From the human T2T-CHM13v2.0 reference genome, Homo sapiens: a DNA stretch of 64,000 nt. Shown in pieces: positions 12,401 to 27,400 of the stretch. The notes beneath the pieces were generated by a model. It was not told the origin of the DNA. It worked only from the letters and a program-made list of their open reading frames with translations, and searched no databases. The stretch lies in NCBI RefSeq assembly GCF_009914755.1, contig NC_060939.1, one strand, 5' to 3'. Numbering within the stretch: the stretch's first letter is position 1; each line of letters begins with the position of its first letter. Made by a program: the position numbers and the translations under genes.

Positions 12401-15400
12401 TCCAAATATTCACTTGCAGATTCTACAAAAAGAGTGTTCCAAAACTGCTCAATCATGAAATAGGATCAACCCTGTGAGATGAATGTACGTATGACAGAGA
12501 AGTTTCTCAGAATGCTTCTGTGTAGTTTTTATGCGAAGATATTCGACTTTCCACAGTACGCCTCAAAGTTCTCCAATTATCCACTCGTAGATCCTGCAAA
12601 AAGAGAGATTCAAAACTGCTCAATCAAAAGATAGTTTCTACTCCATTAGCTGAAAGACCACATCACAAAAAAAGTTTCTCAGGATGCTTCTGTGTAGTTT
12701 TTATGTGAAGATATTTGGTTTTCCACAGTAGGCCTCAAAGCGCTCCAAATATCCACTCACAGATTCTGCAAAAAGAGAGATTCAAAACTGCTGAATCAAA
12801 AGACAGTTTCAACTCTGTGACTTCAGTGCACACCTCACAAGGATGTTTCTCAGAATGCTTCTGTGTAGTTTTTATATAAAGATATCTCCTTCTCCAAAAT
12901 GGATCTCAAAGTTCTCCAAATATTCACTTCCAGATTCTATGGAAAGATTGTCTCAAAACTGCTCAATCAAACCAAAGGTTCAACTCTGTGAGATGAATGC
13001 CCACATCACAAAGAAGTTTCTCAGAGTACTTCTGTGTAGTTTCTATTTGAGGATAGTTCCTTTTCCACCACAGACCAGAAAGGGCTCCAAATATCCATTG
13101 CAGATGGTACAAAAAGTGAGATTCAAAACTGCTCAATCCAAAGGTAGTTTCAACCATGTGATATGAATGCACACAGCACAGAGAATTTTCTCAAAATGCG
13201 TCTGTCTAGTTTTTATTTGAAGATATTTCCTTTTCTACCATAGGCCACAAACGTCTCCAAATATCCACATGCAGCTTCTACAAAAAGAGAGATTCCAAAC
13301 TTCTCAATCAAAAGATAGGTTCAACTCTGTGAGTTGAAAGCACACCTCACAGAGAAGTTTCTCAGAGTGCTTCTGTGTGTTTTTATGTGAAGATATTTCC
13401 TTTTCCACAATAGGCCTCAAAGCTCTCCAAATATCTGCGAGCAGAGTCTACAAAATGAGAGATTCAAAACTGCTCAATGAAAAGATAGGTTCAACTCTGT
13501 GAGTTGAATGCACACCTCCAAAGAAGTTTCTCAGAATGCTTCCGTGTAGTTTTTATGTGAAGATATTTACTTTTCCACAGTTGTCCCAAAGCTCTAAAAT
13601 GTCCACTTGCAGACCCTCCAAAAGAGTGTTTCAGAATTGCTCAATCAAAGGGAAGGTTCAATTCTGTGTGACCAATGCACTCATCACAAAGAAGTTTGTC
13701 TGAATGCTTCTGTGTAGAATTGATTTGAAGATAATTCCTTTTCCACCACAGTCCGCAAAGGGCTAAAAATATCCACTTGCCGATTCCACAAAAAGAGAGA
13801 TTCAAAACTGCTCAATCACAAGATAGGTTCAACTTGGTAATTGGAAAGCACACATGACAAACAATTTCTGAGAATGTTTCTGTGTAGTTTTTAAGGGAAG
13901 ATATTTGATTTTCAAATGTAGGCCTCAAATCGCTCCAAATATCCACTTGCATATTGTACAAAAAGAGAGATTCAAAACTGGTCACTCAAAAGTTAGGTCC
14001 AGCTCTGTGAGCTGAATGCACACATCACAAAGATGTTTCTCAGAAGGTTTCTGTATAGTTTTTATATGAAGATATTGGCTTTTCCACAATATGCCTCAAA
14101 TCTCCCCAATTATCCACTTGCAGATTCTAGAAAAAGAGTGTTTCAAAACAGCTCAATCAAAATAAACTTTCAACTCTGTGAGATCAATGCACACATCACA
14201 AAGAAGTTTCTCAGAATGCTTCTGTGTAGTTTTTTTTGTGAAGATATTTGATTTTCCACAGCAGGCTTCCAAGCACTCCAAATATCCACTCGCAGATTCT
14301 GCAAAAAGAGAGATTCAAATCTGCTGAATCAAAAGATAGGTTTAACTCTGTGACTTCAATGCACACCTCACAAGGGTGTTTCTCAGAAAGCTTCTGTGTA
14401 GTTTTTATATGAAGATATCTCCTTCTCCAAAGCAGGTCTCAAAGCCCTCCAAATATTCACTTCAAGATTCTACGGAAAGATTGTCTCAACACTGCTAAAT
14501 CTAAACAAATGTTCAACTCTGTGTGATGAATGCACTCATCACAGAGAAGTTTCTCTGAATGCCTCTGTGTAGTTTTTATTTGAAGATATTTGCTTTTCCA
14601 GTATAGGGCGAAATAGGGCTCCAAATATTCACTTGCAGATTCTACAAAAGGAGAGATTCCAAACTGCTCAATCAAAACATAGGTTCAACACTGTGAGTTG
14701 AATGCACACATCACAAAGAAGTTTCACAGAGTGCTTCTGGGTAGTTTTTATTTGAGGATATTTCCCTTTCCACAATAGGCCTCAAAGCTTTCCAAATATC
14801 CACTTGCAGATTCTGCAAAAAGAGAGATACAAAACTGCTCTATCAAAAGATAGATTCGACTCTGTGAGTTGAATGCCAACATCGCAAAGAAGTTTCTCAG
14901 AATGCTTCTCTGCAGCTTTTTTGTGAGTATGTTTCGTTTTCCACCATAGGGCGAAATGGGGCTCCAAATATCCACTTGCATTTCCTACAAAAAGAGAGAT
15001 TCTAAGCTGCTCAATCAAAACATTGTTTCAACACGGTTAGTTGAATGCACACATCCCAAAGATGTTTTTCAGAGTGCTTCTGTGTGGTTTTTATGTGAAG
15101 ATACTTCCTTTTCCACAATAGGCCTCAAATCTCTGTAAATATCCACTTACAGACTCTACAAAGAGTGTTTCCAAACTCCTCAATCATAAGATAGGTTCAA
15201 CTCCGATAGTTGAATGCACACATCACAAAGAAGTTTCTCGGAAAGCTTCTGTGTAGTTTTTGATGAAGATATCTTCTTCTCTAAAACAGAACTCCAAGCC
15301 CTCCAAATATTCACTTCAAGATTCTACGGAAAGATTGTCTCAAACTGCTAAATCAAAACAAAGGTTCAACTCTGTGTGATGAATGCATTCATCACAAAGA

Positions 15401-18400
15401 AGTTTCTCTGAGTGCTTCTGTGCAGTTTTTATTTGAAGATAATTGCTTTTCCAGTATAGGGCGAAATAGGGCTCCAAATATTCACTTGCAGATTCTACAG
15501 AAAGAGAGATTCCAAACTGCTCAATCAAAACATAGGTTCAACACTGTGAGTTGAATGCATACATCGCAAAGAAGTTTCACAGAGTACTTCTGGGTGGTTT
15601 TTATTTGAAGATATTTCCCTTTCCACAATAGGCCTCAAAGCTTTCCAAATGTCCACTTGCAGATTCCACCAAAAGAGTGTTTCGAAACTGCTCAATCAAA
15701 AGAAAGGTTCTACTCTGTGGGATGAATGCACACATCACAAAGTAGTTTCTCAGAATGCTTCTGTGTAGTTTTTATGTGAAGATATTTGTTTTTCCACAGT
15801 AGGCCCCAAAGAGCTCCAAATATTCACTTGCAGATTCTACAAAAAGAGTGTTCCAAAACTGCTCAATCATGAAATAGGATCAACCCTGTGAGATGAATGT
15901 ACGTATGACAGAGAAGTTTCTCAGAATGCTTCTGTGTAGTTTTTATGCGAAGATATTCGACTTTCCACAGTACGCCTCAAAGTTCTCCAATTATCCACTC
16001 GTAGATCCTGCAAAAAGAGAGATTCAAAACTGCTCAATCAAAAGATAGTTTCTACTCCATTAGCTGAAAGACCACATCACAAAAAAAGTTTCTCAGGATG
16101 CTTCTGTGTAGTTTTTATGTGAAGATATTTGGTTTTCCACAGTAGGCCTCAAAGCGCTCCAAATATCCACTCACAGATTCTGCAAAAAGAGAGATTCAAA
16201 ACTGCTGAATCAAAAGACAGTTTCAACTCTGTGACTTCAGTGCACACCTCACAAGGATGTTTCTCAGAATGCTTCTGTGTAGTTTTTATATAAAGATATC
16301 TCCTTCTCCAAAATGGATCTCAAAGTTCTCCAAATATTCACTTCCAGATTCTATGGAAAGATTGTCTCAAAACTGCTCAATCAAACCAAAGGTTCAACTC
16401 TGTGAGATGAATGCCCACATCACAAAGAAGTTTCTCAGAGTACTTCTGTGTAGTTTCTATTTGAGGATAGTTCCTTTTCCACCACAGACCAGAAAGGGCT
16501 CCAAATATCCATTGCAGATGGTACAAAAAGTGAGATTCAAAACTGCTCAATCCAAAGGTAGTTTCAACCATGTGATATGAATGCACACAGCACAGAGAAT
16601 TTTCTCAAAATGCGTCTGTCTAGTTTTTATTTGAAGATATTTCCTTTTCTACCATAGGCCACAAACGTCTCCAAATATCCACATGCAGCTTCTACAAAAA
16701 GAGAGATTCAAAACTTCTCAATCAAAAGATAGGTTCAACTCTGTGAGTTGAAAGCACACCTCACAGAGAAGTTTCTCAGAGTGCTTCTGTGTGTTTTTAT
16801 GTGAAGATATTTCCTTTTCCACAATAGGCCTCAAAGCTCTCCAAATATCTGCGAGCAGAGTCTACAAAATGAGAGATTCAAAACTGCTCAATGAAAAGAT
16901 AGGTTCAACTCTGTGAGTTGAATGCACACCTCCAAAGAAGTTTCTCAGAATGCTTCCGTGTAGTTTTTATGTGAAGATATTTACTTTTCCACAGTTGTCC
17001 CAAAGCTCTAAAATGTCCACTTGCAGACCCTCCAAAAGAGTGTTTCAGAATTGCTCAATCAAAGGGAAGGTTCAATTCTGTGTGACCAATGCACTCATCA
17101 CAAAGAAGTTTGTCTGAATGCTTCTGTGTAGAATTGATTTGAAGATAATTCCTTTTCCACCACAGTCCGCAAAGGGCTAAAAATATCCACTTGCCGATTC
17201 CACAAAAAGAGAGATTCAAAACTGCTCAATCACAAGATAGGTTCAACTTGGTAATTGGAAAGCACACATGACAAACAATTTCTGAGAATGTTTCTGTGTA
17301 GTTTTTAAGGGAAGATATTTGATTTTCAAATGTAGGCCTCAAATCGCTCCAAATATCCACTTGCATATTGTACAAAAAGAGAGATTCAAAACTGGTCACT
17401 CAAAAGTTAGGTCCAGCTCTGTGAGCTGAATGCACACATCACAAAGATGTTTCTCAGAAGGTTTCTGTATAGTTTTTATATGAAGATATTTGCTTTTCCA
17501 CAATATGCCTCAAATCTCCCCAATTATCCACTTGCAGATTCTAGAAAAAGAGTGTTTCAAAACAGCTCAATCAAAATAAACTTTCAACTCTGTGAGATCA
17601 ATGCACACATCACAAAGAAGTTTCTCAGAATGCTTCTGTGTAGTTTTTTTTGTGAAGATATTTGATTTTCCACAGCAGGCTTCCAAGCACTCCAAATATC
17701 CACTCGCAGATTCTGCAAAAAGAGAGATTCAAATCTGCTGAATCAAAAGATAGGTTTAACTCTGTGACTTCAATGCACACCTCACAAGGGTGTTTCTCAG
17801 AAAGCTTCTGTGTAGTTTTTATATGAAGATATCTCCTTCTCCAAAGCAGGTCTCAAAGCCCTCCAAATATTCACTTCAAGATTCTACGGAAAGATTGTCT
17901 CAACACTGCTAAATCTAAACAAATGTTCAACTCTGTGTGATGAATGCACTCATCACAGAGAAGTTTCTCTGAATGCCTCTGTGTAGTTTTTATTTGAAGA
18001 TATTTGCTTTTCCAGTATAGGGCGAAATAGGGCTCCAAATATTCACTTGCAGATTCTACAAAAGGAGAGATTCCAAACTGCTCAATCAAAACATAGGTTC
18101 AACACTGTGAGTTGAATGCACACATCACAAAGAAGTTTCACAGAGTGCTTCTGGGTAGTTTTTATTTGAGGATATTTCCCTTTCCACAATAGGCCTCAAA
18201 GCTTTCCAAATATCCACTTGCAGATTCTGCAAAAAGAGAGATACAAAACTGCTCTATCAAAAGATAGATTCGACTCTGTGAGTTGAATGCCAACATCGCA
18301 AAGAAGTTTCTCAGAATGCTTCTCTGCAGCTTTTTTGTGAGTATGTTTCGTTTTCCACCATAGGGCGAAATGGGGCTCCAAATATCCACTTGCATTTCCT

Positions 18401-21400
18401 ACAAAAAGAGAGATTCTAAGCTGCTCAATCAAAACATTGTTTCAACACGGTTAGTTGAATGCACACATCCCAAAGATGTTTTTCAGAGTGCTTCTGTGTG
18501 GTTTTTATGTGAAGATACTTCCTTTTCCACAATAGGCCTCAAATCTCTGTAAATATCCACTTGCAGACTCTACAAAGAGTGTTTCCAAACTCCTCAATCA
18601 TAAGATAGGTTCAACTCTGATAGTTGAATGCACACATCACAAAGAAGTTTCTCGGAAAGCTTCTGTGTAGTTTTTGATGAAGATATCTTCTTCTCTAAAA
18701 CAGAACTCCAAGCCCTCCAAATATTCACTTCAAGATTCTACGGAAAGATTGTCTCAAACTGCTAAATCAAAACAAAGGTTCAACTCTGTGTGATGAATGC
18801 ATTCATCACAAAGAAGTTTCTCTGAGTGCTTCTGTGCAGTTTTTATTTGAAGATAATTGCTTTTCCAGTATAGGGCGAAATAGGGCTCCAAATATTCACT
18901 TGCAGATTCTACAGAAAGAGAGATTCCAAACTGCTCAATCAAAACATAGGTTCAACACTGTGAGTTGAATGCATACATCGCAAAGAAGTTTCACAGAGTA
19001 CTTCTGGGTGGTTTTTATTTGAAGATATTTCCCTTTCCACAATAGGCCTCAAAGCTTTCCAAATGTCCACTTGCAGATTCCACCAAAAGAGTGTTTCGAA
19101 ACTGCTCAATCAAAAGAAAGGTTCTACTCTGTGGGATGAATGCACACATCACAAAGTAGTTTCTCAGAATGCTTCTGTGTAGTTTTTATGTGAAGATATT
19201 TGTTTTTCCACAGTAGGCCCCAAAGAGCTCCAAATATTCACTTGCAGATTCTACAAAAAGAGTGTTCCAAAACTGCTCAATCATGAAATAGGATCAACCC
19301 TGTGAGATGAATGTACGTATGACAGAGAAGTTTCTCAGAATGCTTCTGTGTAGTTTTTATGCGAAGATATTCGACTTTCCACAGTACGCCTCAAAGTTCT
19401 CCAATTATCCACTCGTAGATCCTGCAAAAAGAGAGATTCAAAACTGCTCAATCAAAAGATAGTTTCTACTCCATTAGCTGAAAGACCACATCACAAAAAA
19501 AGTTTCTCAGGATGCTTCTGTGTAGTTTTTATGTGAAGATATTTGGTTTTCCACAGTAGGCCTCAAAGCGCTCCAAATATCCACTCACAGATTCTGCAAA
19601 AAGAGAGATTCAAAACTGCTGAATCAAAAGACAGTTTCAACTCTGTGACTTCAGTGCACACCTCACAAGGATGTTTCTCAGAATGCTTCTGTGTAGTTTT
19701 TATATAAAGATATCTCCTTCTCCAAAATGGATCTCAAAGTTCTCCAAATATTCACTTCCAGATTCTATGGAAAGATTGTCTCAAAACTGCTCAATCAAAC
19801 CAAAGGTTCAACTCTGTGAGATGAATGCCCACATCACAAAGAAGTTTCTCAGAGTACTTCTGTGTAGTTTCTATTTGAGGATAGTTCCTTTTCCACCACA
19901 GACCAGAAAGGGCTCCAAATATCCATTGCAGATGGTACAAAAAGTGAGATTCAAAACTGCTCAATCCAAAGGTAGTTTCAACCATGTGATATGAATGCAC
20001 ACAGCACAGAGAATTTTCTCAAAATGCGTCTGTCTAGTTTTTATTTGAAGATATTTCCTTTTCTACCATAGGCCACAAACGTCTCCAAATATCCACATGC
20101 AGCTTCTACAAAAAGAGAGATTCAAAACTTCTCAATCAAAAGATAGGTTCAACTCTGTGAGTTGAAAGCACACCTCACAGAGAAGTTTCTCAGAGTGCTT
20201 CTGTGTGTTTTTATGTGAAGATATTTCCTTTTCCACAATAGGCCTCAAAGCTCTCCAAATATCTGCGAGCAGAGTCTACAAAATGAGAGATTCAAAACTG
20301 CTCAATGAAAAGATAGGTTCAACTCTGTGAGTTGAATGCACACCTCCAAAGAAGTTTCTCAGAATGCTTCCGTGTAGTTTTTATGTGAAGATATTTACTT
20401 TTCCACAGTTGTCCCAAAGCTCTAAAATGTCCACTTGCAGACCCTCCAAAAGAGTGTTTCAGAATTGCTCAATCAAAGGGAAGGTTCAATTCTGTGTGAC
20501 CAATGCACTCATCACAAAGAAGTTTGTCTGAATGCTTCTGTGTAGAATTGATTTGAAGATAATTCCTTTTCCACCACAGTCCGCAAAGGGCTAAAAATAT
20601 CCACTTGCCGATTCCACAAAAAGAGAGATTCAAAACTGCTCAATCACAAGATAGGTTCAACTTGGTAATTGGAAAGCACACATGACAAACAATTTCTGAG
20701 AATGTTTCTGTGTAGTTTTTAAGGGAAGATATTTGATTTTCAAATGTAGGCCTCAAATCGCTCCAAATATCCACTTGCATATTGTACAAAAAGAGAGATT
20801 CAAAACTGGTCACTCAAAAGTTAGGTCCAGCTCTGTGAGCTGAATGCACACATCACAAAGATGTTTCTCAGAAGGTTTCTGTATAGTTTTTATATGAAGA
20901 TATTTGCTTTTCCACAATATGCCTCAAATCTCCCCAATTATCCACTTGCAGATTCTAGAAAAAGAGTGTTTCAAAACAGCTCAATCAAAATAAACTTTCA
21001 ACTCTGTGAGATCAATGCACACATCACAAAGAAGTTTCTCAGAATGCTTCTGTGTAGTTTTTTTTGTGAAGATATTTGATTTTCCACAGCAGGCTTCCAA
21101 GCACTCCAAATATCCACTCGCAGATTCTGCAAAAAGAGAGATTCAAATCTGCTGAATCAAAAGATAGGTTTAACTCTGTGACTTCAATGCACACCTCACA
21201 AGGGTGTTTCTCAGAAAGCTTCTGTGTAGTTTTTATATGAAGATATCTCCTTCTCCAAAGCAGGTCTCAAAGCCCTCCAAATATTCACTTCAAGATTCTA
21301 CGGAAAGATTGTCTCAACACTGCTAAATCTAAACAAATGTTCAACTCTGTGTGATGAATGCACTCATCACAGAGAAGTTTCTCTGAATGCCTCTGTGTAG

Positions 21401-24400
21401 TTTTTATTTGAAGATATTTGCTTTTCCAGTATAGGGCGAAATAGGGCTCCAAATATTCACTTGCAGATTCTACAAAAGGAGAGATTCCAAACTGCTCAAT
21501 CAAAACATAGGTTCAACACTGTGAGTTGAATGCACACATCACAAAGAAGTTTCACAGAGTGCTTCTGGGTAGTTTTTATTTGAGGATATTTCCCTTTCCA
21601 CAATAGGCCTCAAAGCTTTCCAAATATCCACTTGCAGATTCTGCAAAAAGAGAGATACAAAACTGCTCTATCAAAAGATAGATTCGACTCTGTGAGTTGA
21701 ATGCCAACATCGCAAAGAAGTTTCTCAGAATGCTTCTCTGCAGCTTTTTTGTGAGTATGTTTCGTTTTCCACCATAGGGCGAAATGGGGCTCCAAATATC
21801 CACTTGCATTTCCTACAAAAAGAGAGATTCTAAGCTGCTCAATCAAAACATTGTTTCAACACGGTTAGTTGAATGCACACATCCCAAAGATGTTTTTCAG
21901 AGTGCTTCTGTGTGGTTTTTATGTGAAGATACTTCCTTTTCCACAATAGGCCTCAAATCTCTGTAAATATCCACTTGCAGACTCTACAAAGAGTGTTTCC
22001 AAACTCCTCAATCATAAGATAGGTTCAACTCTGATAGTTGAATGCACACATCACAAAGAAGTTTCTCGGAAAGCTTCTGTGTAGTTTTTGATGAAGATAT
22101 CTTCTTCTCTAAAACAGAACTCCAAGCCCTCCAAATATTCACTTCAAGATTCTACGGAAAGATTGTCTCAAACTGCTAAATCAAAACAAAGGTTCAACTC
22201 TGTGTGATGAATGCATTCATCACAAAGAAGTTTCTCTGAGTGCTTCTGTGCAGTTTTTATTTGAAGATAATTGCTTTTCCAGTATAGGGCGAAATAGGGC
22301 TCCAAATATTCACTTGCAGATTCTACAGAAAGAGAGATTCCAAACTGCTCAATCAAAACATAGGTTCAACACTGTGAGTTGAATGCATACATCGCAAAGA
22401 AGTTTCACAGAGTACTTCTGGGTGGTTTTTATTTGAAGATATTTCCCTTTCCACAATAGGCCTCAAAGCTTTCCAAATGTCCACTTGCAGATTCCACCAA
22501 AAGAGTGTTTCGAAACTGCTCAATCAAAAGAAAGGTTCTACTCTGTGGGATGAATGCACACATCACAAAGTAGTTTCTCAGAATGCTTCTGTGTAGTTTT
22601 TATGTGAAGATATTTGTTTTTCCACAGTAGGCCCCAAAGAGCTCCAAATATTCACTTGCAGATTCTACAAAAAGAGTGTTCCAAAACTGCTCAATCATGA
22701 AATAGGATCAACCCTGTGAGATGAATGTACGTATGACAGAGAAGTTTCTCAGAATGCTTCTGTGTAGTTTTTATGCGAAGATATTCGACTTTCCACAGTA
22801 CGCCTCAAAGTTCTCCAATTATCCACTCGTAGATCCTGCAAAAAGAGAGATTCAAAACTGCTCAATCAAAAGATAGTTTCTACTCCATTAGCTGAAAGAC
22901 CACATCACAAAAAAAGTTTCTCAGGATGCTTCTGTGTAGTTTTTATGTGAAGATATTTGGTTTTCCACAGTAGGCCTCAAAGCGCTCCAAATATCCACTC
23001 ACAGATTCTGCAAAAAGAGAGATTCAAAACTGCTGAATCAAAAGACAGTTTCAACTCTGTGACTTCAGTGCACACCTCACAAGGATGTTTCTCAGAATGC
23101 TTCTGTGTAGTTTTTATATAAAGATATCTCCTTCTCCAAAATGGATCTCAAAGTTCTCCAAATATTCACTTCCAGATTCTATGGAAAGATTGTCTCAAAA
23201 CTGCTCAATCAAACCAAAGGTTCAACTCTGTGAGATGAATGCCCACATCACAAAGAAGTTTCTCAGAGTACTTCTGTGTAGTTTCTATTTGAGGATAGTT
23301 CCTTTTCCACCACAGACCAGAAAGGGCTCCAAATATCCATTGCAGATGGTACAAAAAGTGAGATTCAAAACTGCTCAATCCAAAGGTAGTTTCAACCATG
23401 TGATATGAATGCACACAGCACAGAGAATTTTCTCAAAATGCGTCTGTCTAGTTTTTATTTGAAGATATTTCCTTTTCTACCATAGGCCACAAACGTCTCC
23501 AAATATCCACATGCAGCTTCTACAAAAAGAGAGATTCAAAACTTCTCAATCAAAAGATAGGTTCAACTCTGTGAGTTGAAAGCACACCTCACAGAGAAGT
23601 TTCTCAGAGTGCTTCTGTGTGTTTTTATGTGAAGATATTTCCTTTTCCACAATAGGCCTCAAAGCTCTCCAAATATCTGCGAGCAGAGTCTACAAAATGA
23701 GAGATTCAAAACTGCTCAATGAAAAGATAGGTTCAACTCTGTGAGTTGAATGCACACCTCCAAAGAAGTTTCTCAGAATGCTTCCGTGTAGTTTTTATGT
23801 GAAGATATTTACTTTTCCACAGTTGTCCCAAAGCTCTAAAATGTCCACTTGCAGACCCTCCAAAAGAGTGTTTCAGAATTGCTCAATCAAAGGGAAGGTT
23901 CAATTCTGTGTGACCAATGCACTCATCACAAAGAAGTTTGTCTGAATGCTTCTGTGTAGAATTGATTTGAAGATAATTCCTTTTCCACCACAGTCCGCAA
24001 AGGGCTAAAAATATCCACTTGCCGATTCCACAAAAAGAGAGATTCAAAACTGCTCAATCACAAGATAGGTTCAACTTGGTAATTGGAAAGCACACATGAC
24101 AAACAATTTCTGAGAATGTTTCTGTGTAGTTTTTAAGGGAAGATATTTGATTTTCAAATGTAGGCCTCAAATCGCTCCAAATATCCACTTGCATATTGTA
24201 CAAAAAGAGAGATTCAAAACTGGTCACTCAAAAGTTAGGTCCAGCTCTGTGAGCTGAATGCACACATCACAAAGATGTTTCTCAGAAGGTTTCTGTATAG
24301 TTTTTATATGAAGATATTTGCTTTTCCACAATATGCCTCAAATCTCCCCAATTATCCACTTGCAGATTCTAGAAAAAGAGTGTTTCAAAACAGCTCAATC

Positions 24401-27400
24401 AAAATAAACTTTCAACTCTGTGAGATCAATGCACACATCACAAAGAAGTTTCTCAGAATGCTTCTGTGTAGTTTTTTTTGTGAAGATATTTGATTTTCCA
24501 CAGCAGGCTTCCAAGCACTCCAAATATCCACTCGCAGATTCTGCAAAAAGAGAGATTCAAATCTGCTGAATCAAAAGATAGGTTTAACTCTGTGACTTCA
24601 ATGCACACCTCACAAGGGTGTTTCTCAGAAAGCTTCTGTGTAGTTTTTATATGAAGATATCTCCTTCTCCAAAGCAGGTCTCAAAGCCCTCCAAATATTC
24701 ACTTCAAGATTCTACGGAAAGATTGTCTCAACACTGCTAAATCTAAACAAATGTTCAACTCTGTGTGATGAATGCACTCATCACAGAGAAGTTTCTCTGA
24801 ATGCCTCTGTGTAGTTTTTATTTGAAGATATTTGCTTTTCCAGTATAGGGCGAAATAGGGCTCCAAATATTCACTTGCAGATTCTACAAAAGGAGAGATT
24901 CCAAACTGCTCAATCAAAACATAGGTTCAACACTGTGAGTTGAATGCACACATCACAAAGAAGTTTCACAGAGTGCTTCTGGGTAGTTTTTATTTGAGGA
25001 TATTTCCCTTTCCACAATAGGCCTCAAAGCTTTCCAAATATCCACTTGCAGATTCTGCAAAAAGAGAGATACAAAACTGCTCTATCAAAAGATAGATTCG
25101 ACTCTGTGAGTTGAATGCCAACATCGCAAAGAAGTTTCTCAGAATGCTTCTCTGCAGCTTTTTTGTGAGTATGTTTCGTTTTCCACCATAGGGCGAAATG
25201 GGGCTCCAAATATCCACTTGCATTTCCTACAAAAAGAGAGATTCTAAGCTGCTCAATCAAAACATTGTTTCAACACGGTTAGTTGAATGCACACATCCCA
25301 AAGATGTTTTTCAGAGTGCTTCTGTGTGGTTTTTATGTGAAGATACTTCCTTTTCCACAATAGGCCTCAAATCTCTGTAAATATCCACTTGCAGACTCTA
25401 CAAAGAGTGTTTCCAAACTCCTCAATCATAAGATAGGTTCAACTCTGATAGTTGAATGCACACATCACAAAGAAGTTTCTCGGAAAGCTTCTGTGTAGTT
25501 TTTGATGAAGATATCTTCTTCTCTAAAACAGAACTCCAAGCCCTCCAAATATTCACTTCAAGATTCTACGGAAAGATTGTCTCAAACTGCTAAATCAAAA
25601 CAAAGGTTCAACTCTGTGTGATGAATGCATTCATCACAAAGAAGTTTCTCTGAGTGCTTCTGTGCAGTTTTTATTTGAAGATAATTGCTTTTCCAGTATA
25701 GGGCGAAATAGGGCTCCAAATATTCACTTGCAGATTCTACAGAAAGAGAGATTCCAAACTGCTCAATCAAAACATAGGTTCAACACTGTGAGTTGAATGC
25801 ATACATCGCAAAGAAGTTTCACAGAGTACTTCTGGGTGGTTTTTATTTGAAGATATTTCCCTTTCCACAATAGGCCTCAAAGCTTTCCAAATGTCCACTT
25901 GCAGATTCCACCAAAAGAGTGTTTCGAAACTGCTCAATCAAAAGAAAGGTTCTACTCTGTGGGATGAATGCACACATCACAAAGTAGTTTCTCAGAATGC
26001 TTCTGTGTAGTTTTTATGTGAAGATATTTGTTTTTCCACAGTAGGCCCCAAAGAGCTCCAAATATTCACTTGCAGATTCTACAAAAAGAGTGTTCCAAAA
26101 CTGCTCAATCATGAAATAGGATCAACCCTGTGAGATGAATGTACGTATGACAGAGAAGTTTCTCAGAATGCTTCTGTGTAGTTTTTATGCGAAGATATTC
26201 GACTTTCCACAGTACGCCTCAAAGTTCTCCAATTATCCACTCGTAGATCCTGCAAAAAGAGAGATTCAAAACTGCTCAATCAAAAGATAGTTTCTACTCC
26301 ATTAGCTGAAAGACCACATCACAAAAAAAGTTTCTCAGGATGCTTCTGTGTAGTTTTTATGTGAAGATATTTGGTTTTCCACAGTAGGCCTCAAAGCGCT
26401 CCAAATATCCACTCACAGATTCTGCAAAAAGAGAGATTCAAAACTGCTGAATCAAAAGACAGTTTCAACTCTGTGACTTCAGTGCACACCTCACAAGGAT
26501 GTTTCTCAGAATGCTTCTGTGTAGTTTTTATATAAAGATATCTCCTTCTCCAAAATGGATCTCAAAGTTCTCCAAATATTCACTTCCAGATTCTATGGAA
26601 AGATTGTCTCAAAACTGCTCAATCAAACCAAAGGTTCAACTCTGTGAGATGAATGCCCACATCACAAAGAAGTTTCTCAGAGTACTTCTGTGTAGTTTCT
26701 ATTTGAGGATAGTTCCTTTTCCACCACAGACCAGAAAGGGCTCCAAATATCCATTGCAGATGGTACAAAAAGTGAGATTCAAAACTGCTCAATCCAAAGG
26801 TAGTTTCAACCATGTGATATGAATGCACACAGCACAGAGAATTTTCTCAAAATGCGTCTGTCTAGTTTTTATTTGAAGATATTTCCTTTTCTACCATAGG
26901 CCACAAACGTCTCCAAATATCCACATGCAGCTTCTACAAAAAGAGAGATTCAAAACTTCTCAATCAAAAGATAGGTTCAACTCTGTGAGTTGAAAGCACA
27001 CCTCACAGAGAAGTTTCTCAGAGTGCTTCTGTGTGTTTTTATGTGAAGATATTTCCTTTTCCACAATAGGCCTCAAAGCTCTCCAAATATCTGCGAGCAG
27101 AGTCTACAAAATGAGAGATTCAAAACTGCTCAATGAAAAGATAGGTTCAACTCTGTGAGTTGAATGCACACCTCCAAAGAAGTTTCTCAGAATGCTTCCG
27201 TGTAGTTTTTATGTGAAGATATTTACTTTTCCACAGTTGTCCCAAAGCTCTAAAATGTCCACTTGCAGACCCTCCAAAAGAGTGTTTCAGAATTGCTCAA
27301 TCAAAGGGAAGGTTCAATTCTGTGTGACCAATGCACTCATCACAAAGAAGTTTGTCTGAATGCTTCTGTGTAGAATTGATTTGAAGATAATTCCTTTTCC

